From positions 89,494 through 153,493 of IMG/VR virus record IMGVR_UViG_3300031541_000012: 64,000 nt of DNA. One strand, 5' to 3'. This document shows positions 16,675-26,475 of the stretch, in pieces. The first letter of the stretch is position 1, and each line of letters opens with the position of its first letter. Made by a program: the position numbers and the translations under genes. The stretch comes from a virus. The notes beneath the pieces are model-generated. The model ran no database searches. It saw only the letters and a list, made by a program, of their open reading frames with translations, and was not told the DNA's origin.

Positions 16675-18647
16675 TAATTTTCTCCATGCGTGATCATATG
16701 ATATCGTATCACGTCGCTGTTGTTCATAACCATGTGTGGATAATGGATGCGGATAGCAAAGCTTGATCCGTCACACCAAGGAACCCGGCCCAAGTAACGG
16801 AAGTCACTATCCCAAAAATGCATTTCACAATTGTCTGGATTATTGATTGCGATATTCTGCACCCATTGGTTACGGGCACGTTGTGGATCATCATCATGCA
16901 TGTTGATGTATCCACCTGGCGCAAGGCGCATAATACGCACACGATGATAACGCTTACGGAATTCAGCATCTTGGAAATACTTAACCAGTGTTGGCGTTAA
17001 CTCTAAGGCTTCAGGCGTCCAGTCATATGGCGCTTCTTGATCGTTCTTATATCCATAATATTCGTATCCTAGGGTTTTATCATACCCCAATCCATGTAGT
17101 ACGAAACTGGACCAACCTGGATGACCATTACCACGGTGATCTGTAAACATGTCGCGTTCTTCAAGTCCTGCGATTTCAGCCATTATTTCTTCAACTGGCA
17201 TTTTGGGGATGCTGACAGGACGGAAAAAGCTATCATTCACCAGTGGCTTGCTGTTCATTGCAGTGGTTGATCCGACATTGATACTGTCGCCAATCCATTG
17301 CACATTGCGATTAGCATCAACTAAGTCATTGAGAAAATTTTGCATGTCGTAATAATCATATGATTTCTCAATCTGTCCAATATAGCGGAAGATATTGCTA
17401 AACCAAACCATCGGGTCTGAATACTTGCGCACTACATCTCTTACAATGTCACCTGTAATCATATCGTCATGTATAAAGCGCACACGGTACTCTTTAATTT
17501 CTGGCCACTTAGCATTAATTACATCACGAGCATTCCGCCAAAGTTCTGATGTCAGCTCTTTGTTACCTGTTATTTGGGTACGCTCTGCCATGTCAAATAT
17601 CTCTTCACGGACATACTGATCTACAATATCATACCATTCTTGTTCAACAGTGTGGTCGTAATTTTTAAAGAACCATTTCTGGAATTTAAGTGAATTGTTG
17701 TCAATGTCTACAAAAACGATTTCACTATTAGGCTGGAAGTCGTAACGCGAAACATATTCCCATCCTAAGAAGCCTGCTGCAACACCAACAAATGCGTTAT
17801 ATGGTTTTTGTGCTAGGTTTTCACATGTTATCTCAGTATTGAAAAGCCAAATTTTGTTGCTGAAATCAAAGCGATCAAAGAACTCACGATGGCCACGATT
17901 TGCATTTGCACCAACAACACGCGGATTCATGTTGAGTAGTTCAAAGAACTCTTCACTCTGATCGACGTGATAGCTGTATTTTTTGGACTGGCGCATGTCT
18001 GTGTTGAGATTTTGGATATGCCAGGTGCGGCCCATGCAATAGTTAATCAATTCTTCTGCAACGCCCATGCGACCATTCTTTTTAATATATATAGGTTCGC
18101 GCTCACGGTCACCCCAAATATTGACAGGTGTATAATCGTCATGTACGTTGCGTTCATCACGTTGGAATGGATGCCAATTATCTGTCTCATATTCAAGATC
18201 ATCATTAACAATAATTCCATCTTGACGCATATGCTCTAATGCATGACGGCTGATTAGCATTGTTTGCTCATGCAGCGTCATAAAGTCTGGATTCTTTTCG
18301 CTATCCCACAAACCAGTGTGTAGTAAGTGTCCACTAAGACACATTCCCGGATTGTTTGTAATTTGATCGTAGATGCCTCTGCACATTCTCTCAGGGTTGG
18401 TAATAACGCAACCAGCGCCAAGCACAAGTGCATGAGTGTAGTCTAGATCTGTGTGCTCGTAAATGAGATCATTAATTGACTGATACGTTGCCTCGCCAGC
18501 ATACTCCATACCAACATTGCGGCAATGCTCACTTATTGTGCGTCCAAAACGTCCAGTAATCGTCAGTATTTGGTCTGCCCAATCATCTTGTATCTTGAAT
18601 GTTTTACGAGTGTCCCATAGCACCAACAGTATCTTCAATCTATCCAT
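16674..18647 (-). CDS. multidomain protein with C-terminal AspH-like 2OG-Fe(II) oxygenase domain
   Basis: 657 aa; C-terminal YHRVRIMRLAPGGYINMHDD...HMVMN...RYHMI; N-terminal ~480 aa unassigned. Confidence 0.75.
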   Translation of the reverse strand: MDRLKILLVLWDTRKTFKIQDDWADQILTITGRFGRTISEHCRNVGMEYAGEATYQSINDLIYEHTDLDYTHALVLGAGCVITNPERMCRGIYDQITNNPGMCLSGHLLHTGLWDSEKNPDFMTLHEQTMLISRHALEHMRQDGIIVNDDLEYETDNWHPFQRDERNVHDDYTPVNIWGDREREPIYIKKNGRMGVAEELINYCMGRTWHIQNLNTDMRQSKKYSYHVDQSEEFFELLNMNPRVVGANANRGHREFFDRFDFSNKIWLFNTEITCENLAQKPYNAFVGVAAGFLGWEYVSRYDFQPNSEIVFVDIDNNSLKFQKWFFKNYDHTVEQEWYDIVDQYVREEIFDMAERTQITGNKELTSELWRNARDVINAKWPEIKEYRVRFIHDDMITGDIVRDVVRKYSDPMVWFSNIFRYIGQIEKSYDYYDMQNFLNDLVDANRNVQWIGDSINVGSTTAMNSKPLVNDSFFRPVSIPKMPVEEIMAEIAGLEERDMFTDHRGNGHPGWSSFVLHGLGYDKTLGYEYYGYKNDQEAPYDWTPEALELTPTLVKYFQDAEFRKRYHRVRIMRLAPGGYINMHDDDPQRARNQWVQNIAINNPDNCEMHFWDSDFRYLGRVPWCDGSSFAIRIHYPHMVMNNSDVIRYHMITHGEN

Positions 18648-19735
18648 TTAAATATGTCCTTATAGTTTAAGCCACGAGACTGATCTATTTTTGCAAAATA
18701 GTCACACATTTCATCTAGGTTACTGCCGTCAAGTGTAAATGTATTGACATAGTCACGAACTCGTCTAACTTCACAATCTTTATACAATTCCATTGCTTGT
18801 TCTTTAATTGCGTCAGGCAAATGATGTGCTGAAAGGAAATCAGGCCAATATACCAAACTGATGTTAATACCTTTAAATCCGTAATGATTCTTTAACGCAA
18901 TAATTGTATCAACCTCAAAAATGTTATATGCTGCCAAGCTAAACTGCAAAAATACTTTACAGGTAATATCCTTTAACAATTCCATTGACTGTATTAAGTC
19001 ATCATATTTAACAGGATATCGAATGTACTCTACAACTTCACGACCACCGTCAATGCTGAAGTTGATTTGTACTTCCTTAAAATGACTCCAACGTTCAATC
19101 CAATACTCATCAATCATTGTTGCGTTTGTGTCATATACCAATGCAATATTACCTGCGACACCTTGTGCAATACATTCCTCGATAATCTCTTTGTGCTTTT
19201 TGATTAGTAATGGCTCACCACCACTAAAATATAGCATTTGCAATCCAGCTAGATTTTGCTTTACTTCGTCTAGCAAATAATCATCCATTGCCCATTTATA
19301 CCGCTCGCGGTTTTTGAGTTCGTTATCACTCAGGTGATTGAATAACTTTTGTTCGTTCCACCACAAGCTGCTATTCATTGGACTGCACATCACACATTTA
19401 AGATTACAAGTGTTACCCATGCGTAGGTCAAATATGTGTATCTCAGGATCTTGTTTTAGCTTTTCCCAGTCTAAATGTTCCCAGCGTTTGTTTTCCATGT
19501 TCATGCGAGTGCTGACACCTTTTTCCACGTTGGTGCGGCAGCGCCAGCACTCTTTAGGCCACTCACCGTTACGGAAATTTTCGCGCATAGCTTCCCATTC
19601 ATCGCTGCGCCAAATCTGCTGTACATCATTGTCAAATGCGTGAACAGTTTTAAATTCATCAGCCTGACAACACGCACGAATACGTCCATCAGTTCTTGTA
19701 CTGAAGTTTACAAAGGGGGCGATACAGAAAACCAT
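18635..19735 (-). CDS. N-terminal-twitch radical SAM protein
   Basis: CIAPF...RACC...CWRC, then CNLKCVMC and SGGEPL. Confidence 0.92.
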   Translation of the reverse strand: MVFCIAPFVNFSTRTDGRIRACCQADEFKTVHAFDNDVQQIWRSDEWEAMRENFRNGEWPKECWRCRTNVEKGVSTRMNMENKRWEHLDWEKLKQDPEIHIFDLRMGNTCNLKCVMCSPMNSSLWWNEQKLFNHLSDNELKNRERYKWAMDDYLLDEVKQNLAGLQMLYFSGGEPLLIKKHKEIIEECIAQGVAGNIALVYDTNATMIDEYWIERWSHFKEVQINFSIDGGREVVEYIRYPVKYDDLIQSMELLKDITCKVFLQFSLAAYNIFEVDTIIALKNHYGFKGINISLVYWPDFLSAHHLPDAIKEQAMELYKDCEVRRVRDYVNTFTLDGSNLDEMCDYFAKIDQSRGLNYKDIFKWID

Positions 19736-21138
19736 TACCGCATAACTCCTGCCATCTCTGGAAACACTTCTTCGAACTTGAGGAATCGTGTCTTGTCAAT
19801 CAGCTGAATATACTCTTGCATTTCAGGAACACGCTGACTCCAGTCTTCGCTTTTCATAAATTTCACCATGCCACGCAAACGATCTACACCATAGCTAGCT
19901 GCTCGCCAATCATCATACGTGACTTTACCTCGATGCCAACTTGGTAGACCACGCTCCCAGTTCTCTTCCCACCAAGGGATAAACTCTTCATACTTGCGTT
20001 CTACTTCGTCTTTGAACCAAGCAGGCAGTACCTTTACGTTGAGGTGGGGCGGATGGTACACAAAATGATAGTTGATTCCACCTGCACCAAATGGCCACAT
20101 GTTGATCTTGCGGAAGTCTTGGTCGAGCTTCCATTTCAAGAAGTCGGGTATGTAGTATATGTTAAGAGCCTGCACGGCACAGGCAATGGTGACCTCAACG
20201 TTGTCACTTGTTTCTCTGTCAAGTATGTGAAACACCTCTTCAGTCCTGTCCCATTTGCTTGGGTATCTGATATATTCATTCCTTTCACCAATGTCGTCCA
20301 CGCTATAGTGAAAACGAACCAACTTGAACTCTTTCCACAAATCAAATAGATCGTCACGCCATTCCACTCCATTACTGTTGTATCTAAGTTCAAGTTTAGA
20401 TGCGTGTCCGGAACGAATGGCTTCTTCAAGGATTATGTAATGTTCATCAATGATAAGGCTTTCACCACCAGCAAAATAAAGCTGCGCCATGTGCGGGATT
20501 TGTTCGTTAAACTGGTCCCAAAAAACTGGGTTATTTTTATGCCAATTATAGCTTGAACCATTTATACTTCCTTTGTCGCGCCACTGGAAATTGTCCTGCA
20601 GGTTCTTGTTCTTGATCTGCGGGAAGATCTTTCCATGGTCCTTGATCCAACCACTGCTATCGTGTGGTGAACACATAACACAGGCGAGCTGACATTTGGT
20701 TCCAAATCTTAGGTCAATATAGCGAAGCTTGGGGGGTATGCTGCCATCATCAGCTGTCTCCTCTACTAGCTGGTCAATATCGAAACGTTCTGACCAGTAT
20801 CTTGTTTCCCACATACGCTTTGAGTTGTGTCCTGCCTCTTCTTCTCTAAAGCACTTAGAGCAGCTAGGAGGAATTTTGCCGTTAAGCATCTGCTTGCGCA
20901 CGTTGCGCATGTAGTTACTATTCCAGGCAGACTGAAAGTCACTCACGTTAAGGTTGTTGGGCTTGCCTTCTTCGTCCTTGAGGATACCAATCTGTCCGCC
21001 ATGTTCTTTATCGTTGGTTGGTCCGACGCTGCTGGCGTTCGCAGTGCAACACACTCGCATCTGTCCATCAGGACGAGTGCTCAAATGTATCCAAGGTAGG
21101 ATACAAAATGTGTCACTTGGTGGTGTTTTGTTGTTCAC
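19735..21138 (-). CDS. N-terminal-twitch radical SAM protein
   Basis: CILPW...RVCC...CSKC, then CQLACVMC and AGGESL. Confidence 0.92.
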   Translation of the reverse strand: MNNKTPPSDTFCILPWIHLSTRPDGQMRVCCTANASSVGPTNDKEHGGQIGILKDEEGKPNNLNVSDFQSAWNSNYMRNVRKQMLNGKIPPSCSKCFREEEAGHNSKRMWETRYWSERFDIDQLVEETADDGSIPPKLRYIDLRFGTKCQLACVMCSPHDSSGWIKDHGKIFPQIKNKNLQDNFQWRDKGSINGSSYNWHKNNPVFWDQFNEQIPHMAQLYFAGGESLIIDEHYIILEEAIRSGHASKLELRYNSNGVEWRDDLFDLWKEFKLVRFHYSVDDIGERNEYIRYPSKWDRTEEVFHILDRETSDNVEVTIACAVQALNIYYIPDFLKWKLDQDFRKINMWPFGAGGINYHFVYHPPHLNVKVLPAWFKDEVERKYEEFIPWWEENWERGLPSWHRGKVTYDDWRAASYGVDRLRGMVKFMKSEDWSQRVPEMQEYIQLIDKTRFLKFEEVFPEMAGVMR

Positions 21139-22051
21139 GTAGTTTCTCCGGATCCAATAACCATGGGCGTTTTAATGTAGATAGCAATTCCACTTCCATT
21201 TCCCAGTCTGGATCTCCTCGTTTGTTTACAATGCGTATACCAGTCTGACGACATGTCTTTACTCCAACCCTGGGGTCGAAGTGAAAGTATAGCTGCCACA
21301 GGTCTTCCTGAAGGTAATTTGAGTCAGGTAGTTCAAGATAAAAGTCATGTAGGTGTGCTGCACGATGTGCACGAGTGATATAAACATCAGCACTATTTAT
21401 AGTGTAGCCAGGCACGTCCGCCTGCACCTGCAATCCGTGTGTTAAAAGGTACTTGTAAATATAGTTCCCATGGTCGAGTTCTTCGAGGGCAGTGGCGGCC
21501 CAGAAATCGTAGCCATTTGAATCTCTTTGCTGCGTTTCGCCGTGCCAAGAAACTTCGAGTGCCCGTCGGTCTCCTTTGTTTCTGAGTTTGACACTAATAT
21601 CGGTTCGATTCCCATAGCATCCATACAATGTATGAGCGTCACGTATTGGTTTTCCTCTGTCAACTCCCTGCCATAATACAGGGACAGAGTCCAATTGAAG
21701 ATAATTGGCGACAATGTACCTTTTAAGTCCAGGGTGGATATTCTGGTTCCACCATTGAATATTAAGTCCACTTTTCACTCCCTTTTCGCTCATACTAGTT
21801 ACTAACCAACAGGCTGTTTTAACCATGGTTCCAATAATTGGATTTTCGTAGTCTGCGTGTTCAATTAGTTTGTAATGCAAGTTGCGGTAATAGTCTAAAA
21901 CTTGCTGGTCCTTTATGTAATTTGCATCACTGCAACGTTGCAATGGTAAATCACTCAAGGGACAATCTGGCTCAAAGTAAATTTCTTCTTGAGCCAGGAA
22001 TTGATCTAGGTCTGCTGGGATACGTTCTATCTGGCTATGATCGCGAAACAC
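21113..22051 (-). CDS. hypothetical protein
   Basis: 312 aa coupled ORF; HPGxxR motif only, no confident family. Confidence 0.7.
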   Translation of the reverse strand: MFRDHSQIERIPADLDQFLAQEEIYFEPDCPLSDLPLQRCSDANYIKDQQVLDYYRNLHYKLIEHADYENPIIGTMVKTACWLVTSMSEKGVKSGLNIQWWNQNIHPGLKRYIVANYLQLDSVPVLWQGVDRGKPIRDAHTLYGCYGNRTDISVKLRNKGDRRALEVSWHGETQQRDSNGYDFWAATALEELDHGNYIYKYLLTHGLQVQADVPGYTINSADVYITRAHRAAHLHDFYLELPDSNYLQEDLWQLYFHFDPRVGVKTCRQTGIRIVNKRGDPDWEMEVELLSTLKRPWLLDPEKLREQQNTTK

Positions 22052-23115
22052 TTGTCCTGCCCTCTTATCTTGTCCAACGCATCAGTAATTTGATGGAAGC
22101 GGCGATAGAGATCAGGATCACAGGGTTCCATAAAATAGTCTACAATACTCTCAAAATCGCGATGTCCTGTCATGTTACTTTTGGACCATTCAGACACCAT
22201 TAGAGTTTTGTCCTTGTCTGGGTATACATTGGGACGATAATACGCTGGTTCCTGAAGAGGTATCAATGTTATAAACTTTTCATCCCCTACTCTACGAAAA
22301 CAACTGTCATAGAGATAAGACAGGTTTTCAACATTGAGGTTCTGTACCACAATGTTAAAGCGCAGCTCAAATGGTTTTAGTAACCCAAGGTAATCAGCAT
22401 GATTAAATATCATCTGTGAATTAGCGTGTGGACCACGAATATAATCGTAGGTTAAATCTGTGCCATCAACACTCACGTTGAGCTCTATTCGTTTAAATTG
22501 AGTGGCTACCTCAATAAACCAATCAGGTACCAAAGTCAAATTTGTAGTAAGCCAAATTTCAAAATTAATGCTGTTGGTGCACTCAGACAGAGCAATAAAG
22601 AAATGCTTACTGATTGGCATTAACAGTGGCTCACCACCCTTGATCTCAATTACAACTCTACCAGTCTGTGCACGGACAATGTCAACAATGTTTTTGACGT
22701 CTGTTTCACTCAGCATAAAGTTTTTAACGTCGACTGGTTCGACCAATCCTAGTTTGACAAGCTTGTCGTGGTCTGCTTTCCATTTAGTTGAATTTTCTGG
22801 ACCACACATGCGACACTTTAGGTTGCAATAGTTGCCCATGCTAACATCAAGGAAAAAGTCTTCCGCACCCAAACCAATAATGTTATAGAGTTCGCGTCTG
22901 CTTTGTAGACCTCGTGCCTCACTGCGTTGACAACTGCTACAATTCCGCGTCCATTCGCCCTGATCGTGTGCTGTCTGTAAGTCAGCAAGCCCTGGCAGCT
23001 CAAAGTAATCGTCCAGTTGTTCAATGCTACCAAGACTGTTCTTGAACTTGCAACATGGCTGCAAATTGCCTTGTGGCGTTATCTGAACACTGTTAGTGGT
23101 GGCAAAGCATTTCAT
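22027..23115 (-). CDS. N-terminal-twitch radical SAM protein
   Basis: QPCC...CSSC, then CNLKCRMC and KGGEPL. Confidence 0.9.
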   Translation of the reverse strand: MKCFATTNSVQITPQGNLQPCCKFKNSLGSIEQLDDYFELPGLADLQTAHDQGEWTRNCSSCQRSEARGLQSRRELYNIIGLGAEDFFLDVSMGNYCNLKCRMCGPENSTKWKADHDKLVKLGLVEPVDVKNFMLSETDVKNIVDIVRAQTGRVVIEIKGGEPLLMPISKHFFIALSECTNSINFEIWLTTNLTLVPDWFIEVATQFKRIELNVSVDGTDLTYDYIRGPHANSQMIFNHADYLGLLKPFELRFNIVVQNLNVENLSYLYDSCFRRVGDEKFITLIPLQEPAYYRPNVYPDKDKTLMVSEWSKSNMTGHRDFESIVDYFMEPCDPDLYRRFHQITDALDKIRGQDKCFAIIAR

Positions 23116-24095
23116 GGTGCACGTTTTGCAATCTCTAAGTCAGCGCCACAGTAACAACCATCGTAAACACAAACATAGGCACGTTCAGGCCAGTTAATGT
23201 CTGCGCCTGTTCTGTAGTTGCCTAGCACTTCGTCCTTGAAGCAGGCACTGCTTGGCGCTAAGTTGCCATTGGGCTTGACACTGAGCATGTCACGTCCTAT
23301 GTTGCAATGCCAGCCTTTGAAGTGGTTTTGGTCATAGATGATTAAATTCTTATTGGATGTACGCCATTCATATTCACCGTCGCTTGCATAGAATACACGC
23401 TCCCACGCGCGGCGTTCAGGTGGGCGTCTGTTGTGTGGTGTTAGTTTGTTGTTTGCACTGGTGCGCGAAAGCGTTTCTTCTAACCAGACAATCTGTTCCT
23501 CTGTGTAAGGCATCCATGTGCCGCTGCCCAAATTGGTCTCGCCTTTCTTTGCACTCACGTTCACGCCTGGTAAATTTTCCATCATGTAGTCAAAGTCAGC
23601 CGCACACTTGTCAAAGTTGCCTTGATCTACTAGGACCTGAATGCTTGCTGCGTTGTATGGCTGACAGATTTTGACCACGTCGACTACATGTTGTGCGTCG
23701 CTGGTGTGCGCATGGTGACTGATGATGACCTTGTCCATGTAAGGCGCATACTTCTCCCACCAGCGCAGGGTACGGCTACCGTTTGTAAGGATTTGGACAA
23801 TGCTGTTGGGATCGTGTTCCTTGATATATGTGCAGAGGTCGCCAAAGTGTCGCCACAATGTGGGCTCGCCACCTAGCAAGTTGTAAGTGCGCACCTCGTG
23901 GTCGCTGTGCTCAAGGATATTGTCAATCAGTCTGGTGCTTTGCTCGTAGGTAGGCCAGCCCTCTACGCCGCCCATGCTCTGCAGATTGCAGTATGTGCAT
24001 TTAAAGTTGCACACATCACTCAGCTGCCAATCAATGTACATGTTTGACCGCTTAAAGTAAAGATGCCTTACACTAGAACTGATTTGTCTTTCCAT
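23112..24095 (-). CDS. radical SAM protein, C-terminal twitch-type module
   Basis: CNFKCTYC, LGGEPT, C-terminal CNIG...AC...C..DGCYC. Confidence 0.9.
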   Translation of the reverse strand: MERQISSSVRHLYFKRSNMYIDWQLSDVCNFKCTYCNLQSMGGVEGWPTYEQSTRLIDNILEHSDHEVRTYNLLGGEPTLWRHFGDLCTYIKEHDPNSIVQILTNGSRTLRWWEKYAPYMDKVIISHHAHTSDAQHVVDVVKICQPYNAASIQVLVDQGNFDKCAADFDYMMENLPGVNVSAKKGETNLGSGTWMPYTEEQIVWLEETLSRTSANNKLTPHNRRPPERRAWERVFYASDGEYEWRTSNKNLIIYDQNHFKGWHCNIGRDMLSVKPNGNLAPSSACFKDEVLGNYRTGADINWPERAYVCVYDGCYCGADLEIAKRAP

Positions 24096-24631
24096 TCATC
24101 TTCAATAACATAGTTAATGATAATGCTTGCGCGGTTGTGCTTTAGTCTTGGAAGTTTGTGAACTGGCTGATCTCCATTGTAAAACAACCACGCGCGGTTG
24201 GGCATAGTTTGTACTTGACTGTGAGTTTCAGCGCCCATTGCAGTGCTCCAACCTTGTCCATCAAGGAACAATTGCAATGTGAGCAGTTTTGCAGCATCAT
24301 CACTGTGCGGTTCCAACCAACTGCCCACACTGTCCATGCAAAGCTCTGCACGAGTACGAGCACCCACAAGCGGCTTGCCTACCACATAGCCAATCTGGCG
24401 TTTGACTTCATCATTATCAAACTCATGTGCAATTGCACTCAACCAACCTGAAGTTCGGTTTAGCCAAATTCGATTAGGGTTGCTGGTGCGTGTTTGTTCA
24501 ATCATGTAATAAGGATATGTTTGCGCTTCTGATTGAATGCGCTTGAACACAAAATCAGCAACCACATCGTATAGCAAAAAATATTCGAAAGGTTGGGTCT
24601 GTCTTGAGGGGTTCTCAAAATTAAATATCAT
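24068..24631 (-). CDS. 2OG-Fe(II) oxygenase
   Basis: WLEPHSD (HxD), LTLQLFL, distal H, and R-x-S (NRASIIINY). Confidence 0.75.
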   Translation of the reverse strand: MIFNFENPSRQTQPFEYFLLYDVVADFVFKRIQSEAQTYPYYMIEQTRTSNPNRIWLNRTSGWLSAIAHEFDNDEVKRQIGYVVGKPLVGARTRAELCMDSVGSWLEPHSDDAAKLLTLQLFLDGQGWSTAMGAETHSQVQTMPNRAWLFYNGDQPVHKLPRLKHNRASIIINYVIEDEWKDKSVLV

Positions 24632-25710
24632 TTAAATTGTTCTCCAAATGGGTCAAGTTCTGTTCCGCATTTCATTGAGCATACTTTGAGCTTGCCATTG
24701 GCTACGCCCGTAATGTCCCAACTGTTTTCAATGTCACTGAGCAAGCGGCCTGCCATGACGTCCTGTATACTGTTGTCAATTACACTGATGCCTTTTGTGC
24801 CGCCAGCAGCGTCGATAAAATCCCAAATTTGTTCAGCACGATAATCTGGATGCCACCACTTATACATACGGCCTGCGGTCCAACAACAAGGCAGAAGTAG
24901 ACCTTCTGCGCTGATAAAGATCTCATTCCACTCTTTTACTTTACACTTGATTCCGCAATTGTCAAAGTAATTGTCCATACTACCGTGCTTTTTGGCCACC
25001 TCTGGTTGTTTTTGTACCGCACGGTTCTGATTTTCTTCTTTGGCAGGGTTCTGTAACAACTGTGTGTCTTCTCCCTTACGGTTTTTAGCTTGGTGCTCTG
25101 TTTTCTGTTTGCCAGTTGCACTAAAGAAGCGGCCTGACTTTTTAAGCTGGAAGCGTTCAACTCCCCATTTCTCTGCTAATGCGCGGGCTTCGTCAACCTG
25201 ATGTTCGTTGTGGCCAAACACAATAAAGTCCCATCGGGCGCGCCCATCCGCTTCGATGAATGTGCGCATATTGCGCTCGACTTTGTCCCATTGTACATTC
25301 TGTCTATATAGGTGATTGGTATCTGAGAGACCGTCAACGCTGAAAATAACAGCACCCATACGGCCGTATGTCCTAGCAATGTCTCGCCACCACTGTTCAT
25401 CTTTTGCTCCTGCGTTTGTGTTCATGCTCAACCACATATCTGGGTTATGCTTGCGGAAGTATTCAAATACTTCCAGCGTATCACGTGCCACGATTGGATC
25501 GCCCAAGTTACCACACATATACATGGTAGTTAGCTGGCGAATAAAGGCTGGCTCGAAAATGTTTTGGCAGTCTTCAAGACTGAGTTCTGCGTTGGTTATA
25601 TGGCGGTTATCTGGCCCGCCGTTCTCATTACGATCACACATTGGACACGCTGCTTGACAGCGTTGTGTAATCTCCAAGTGCACCTGTCGTATATCTTCGT
25701 ATTTGTACAT
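24628..25710 (-). CDS. radical SAM protein, C-terminal twitch-type module
   Basis: CQAACPMC, CGNLGDP, C-terminal CKV...LPCC...CSMKC. Confidence 0.9.
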   Translation of the reverse strand: MYKYEDIRQVHLEITQRCQAACPMCDRNENGGPDNRHITNAELSLEDCQNIFEPAFIRQLTTMYMCGNLGDPIVARDTLEVFEYFRKHNPDMWLSMNTNAGAKDEQWWRDIARTYGRMGAVIFSVDGLSDTNHLYRQNVQWDKVERNMRTFIEADGRARWDFIVFGHNEHQVDEARALAEKWGVERFQLKKSGRFFSATGKQKTEHQAKNRKGEDTQLLQNPAKEENQNRAVQKQPEVAKKHGSMDNYFDNCGIKCKVKEWNEIFISAEGLLLPCCWTAGRMYKWWHPDYRAEQIWDFIDAAGGTKGISVIDNSIQDVMAGRLLSDIENSWDITGVANGKLKVCSMKCGTELDPFGEQFK

Positions 25711-26255
25711 CAGCTCATTGCATTCCTATCAATCACGGTAAAAAAATACTTTTGTAACTTGTACATTAAGTTGACTTGCGTCAAGTAATACTTTTCCGTG
25801 TAGTCCAGATTGTTTACAAAGTTATAACTCTCTGGATCAATCAGTCTCACCTTATAGTCAGTTGTCAACACGATATTGTCCAGTGTGAGATCTGTATTAA
25901 TGAAATACTTATGTTGCTCTGGAAAGGTGTTGCTGTACTTGATAGCTTGCACCCAACTCTCGTTAATAACACGGATAACTTCACTGATGATGTTTTTGCT
26001 CAAATACGGATAATACTCTGGCTCTTTAAGGATGCGCTCTATGTTGTCGATTACCTCGATCTTTTCCATACGATATGTTTTCTGATCTATTACTTCGTAA
26101 ATTTGCAATAGGTCAGGGTTTTCATCGCTCAAGCATTTGTAAAACTCTAGCCAATTATTATTGAGGTGAGCAAGAGGCTTGTTCAGACGCTTGGTTGCAA
26201 AATCATCTTCAATGTGAACTTCACCTGCTTTGGTTTTGATTTGTTTCTTTGTCAT
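25710..26255 (-). CDS. protein-kinase-like (small-molecule kinase) fold protein
   Basis: DLTLDNIVL catalytic-loop-like and LIDPES DFG-like motifs; likely start at 26255. Confidence 0.6.
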   Translation of the reverse strand: MTKKQIKTKAGEVHIEDDFATKRLNKPLAHLNNNWLEFYKCLSDENPDLLQIYEVIDQKTYRMEKIEVIDNIERILKEPEYYPYLSKNIISEVIRVINESWVQAIKYSNTFPEQHKYFINTDLTLDNIVLTTDYKVRLIDPESYNFVNNLDYTEKYYLTQVNLMYKLQKYFFTVIDRNAMS

Positions 26256-26475
26256 TGTGTAATAACTTAATTTCTTTCCCTGGTCCGGTCTCGTCTGGAA
26301 GTCCACCATATTCGTCAACGTACCAGGTTATCACTGCTCGATACCAATTTTGGCTATTGTGGTGGGCTTGTTTGTTGAACTGCCAAATGTTATTGTTGGT
26401 CGCTTCCATTGTTGCCAATGCACGGGCAGCCAGCAATTGCAACTCACGAAGTTTCATTTTATCGATATCTCTCAT
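26221..26475 (-). CDS. hypothetical protein
   Basis: 84 aa, ATGA-coupled to upstream methyltransferase. Confidence 0.65.
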   Translation of the reverse strand: MRDIDKMKLRELQLLAARALATMEATNNNIWQFNKQAHHNSQNWYRAVITWYVDEYGGLPDETGPGKEIKLLHNDKETNQNQSR

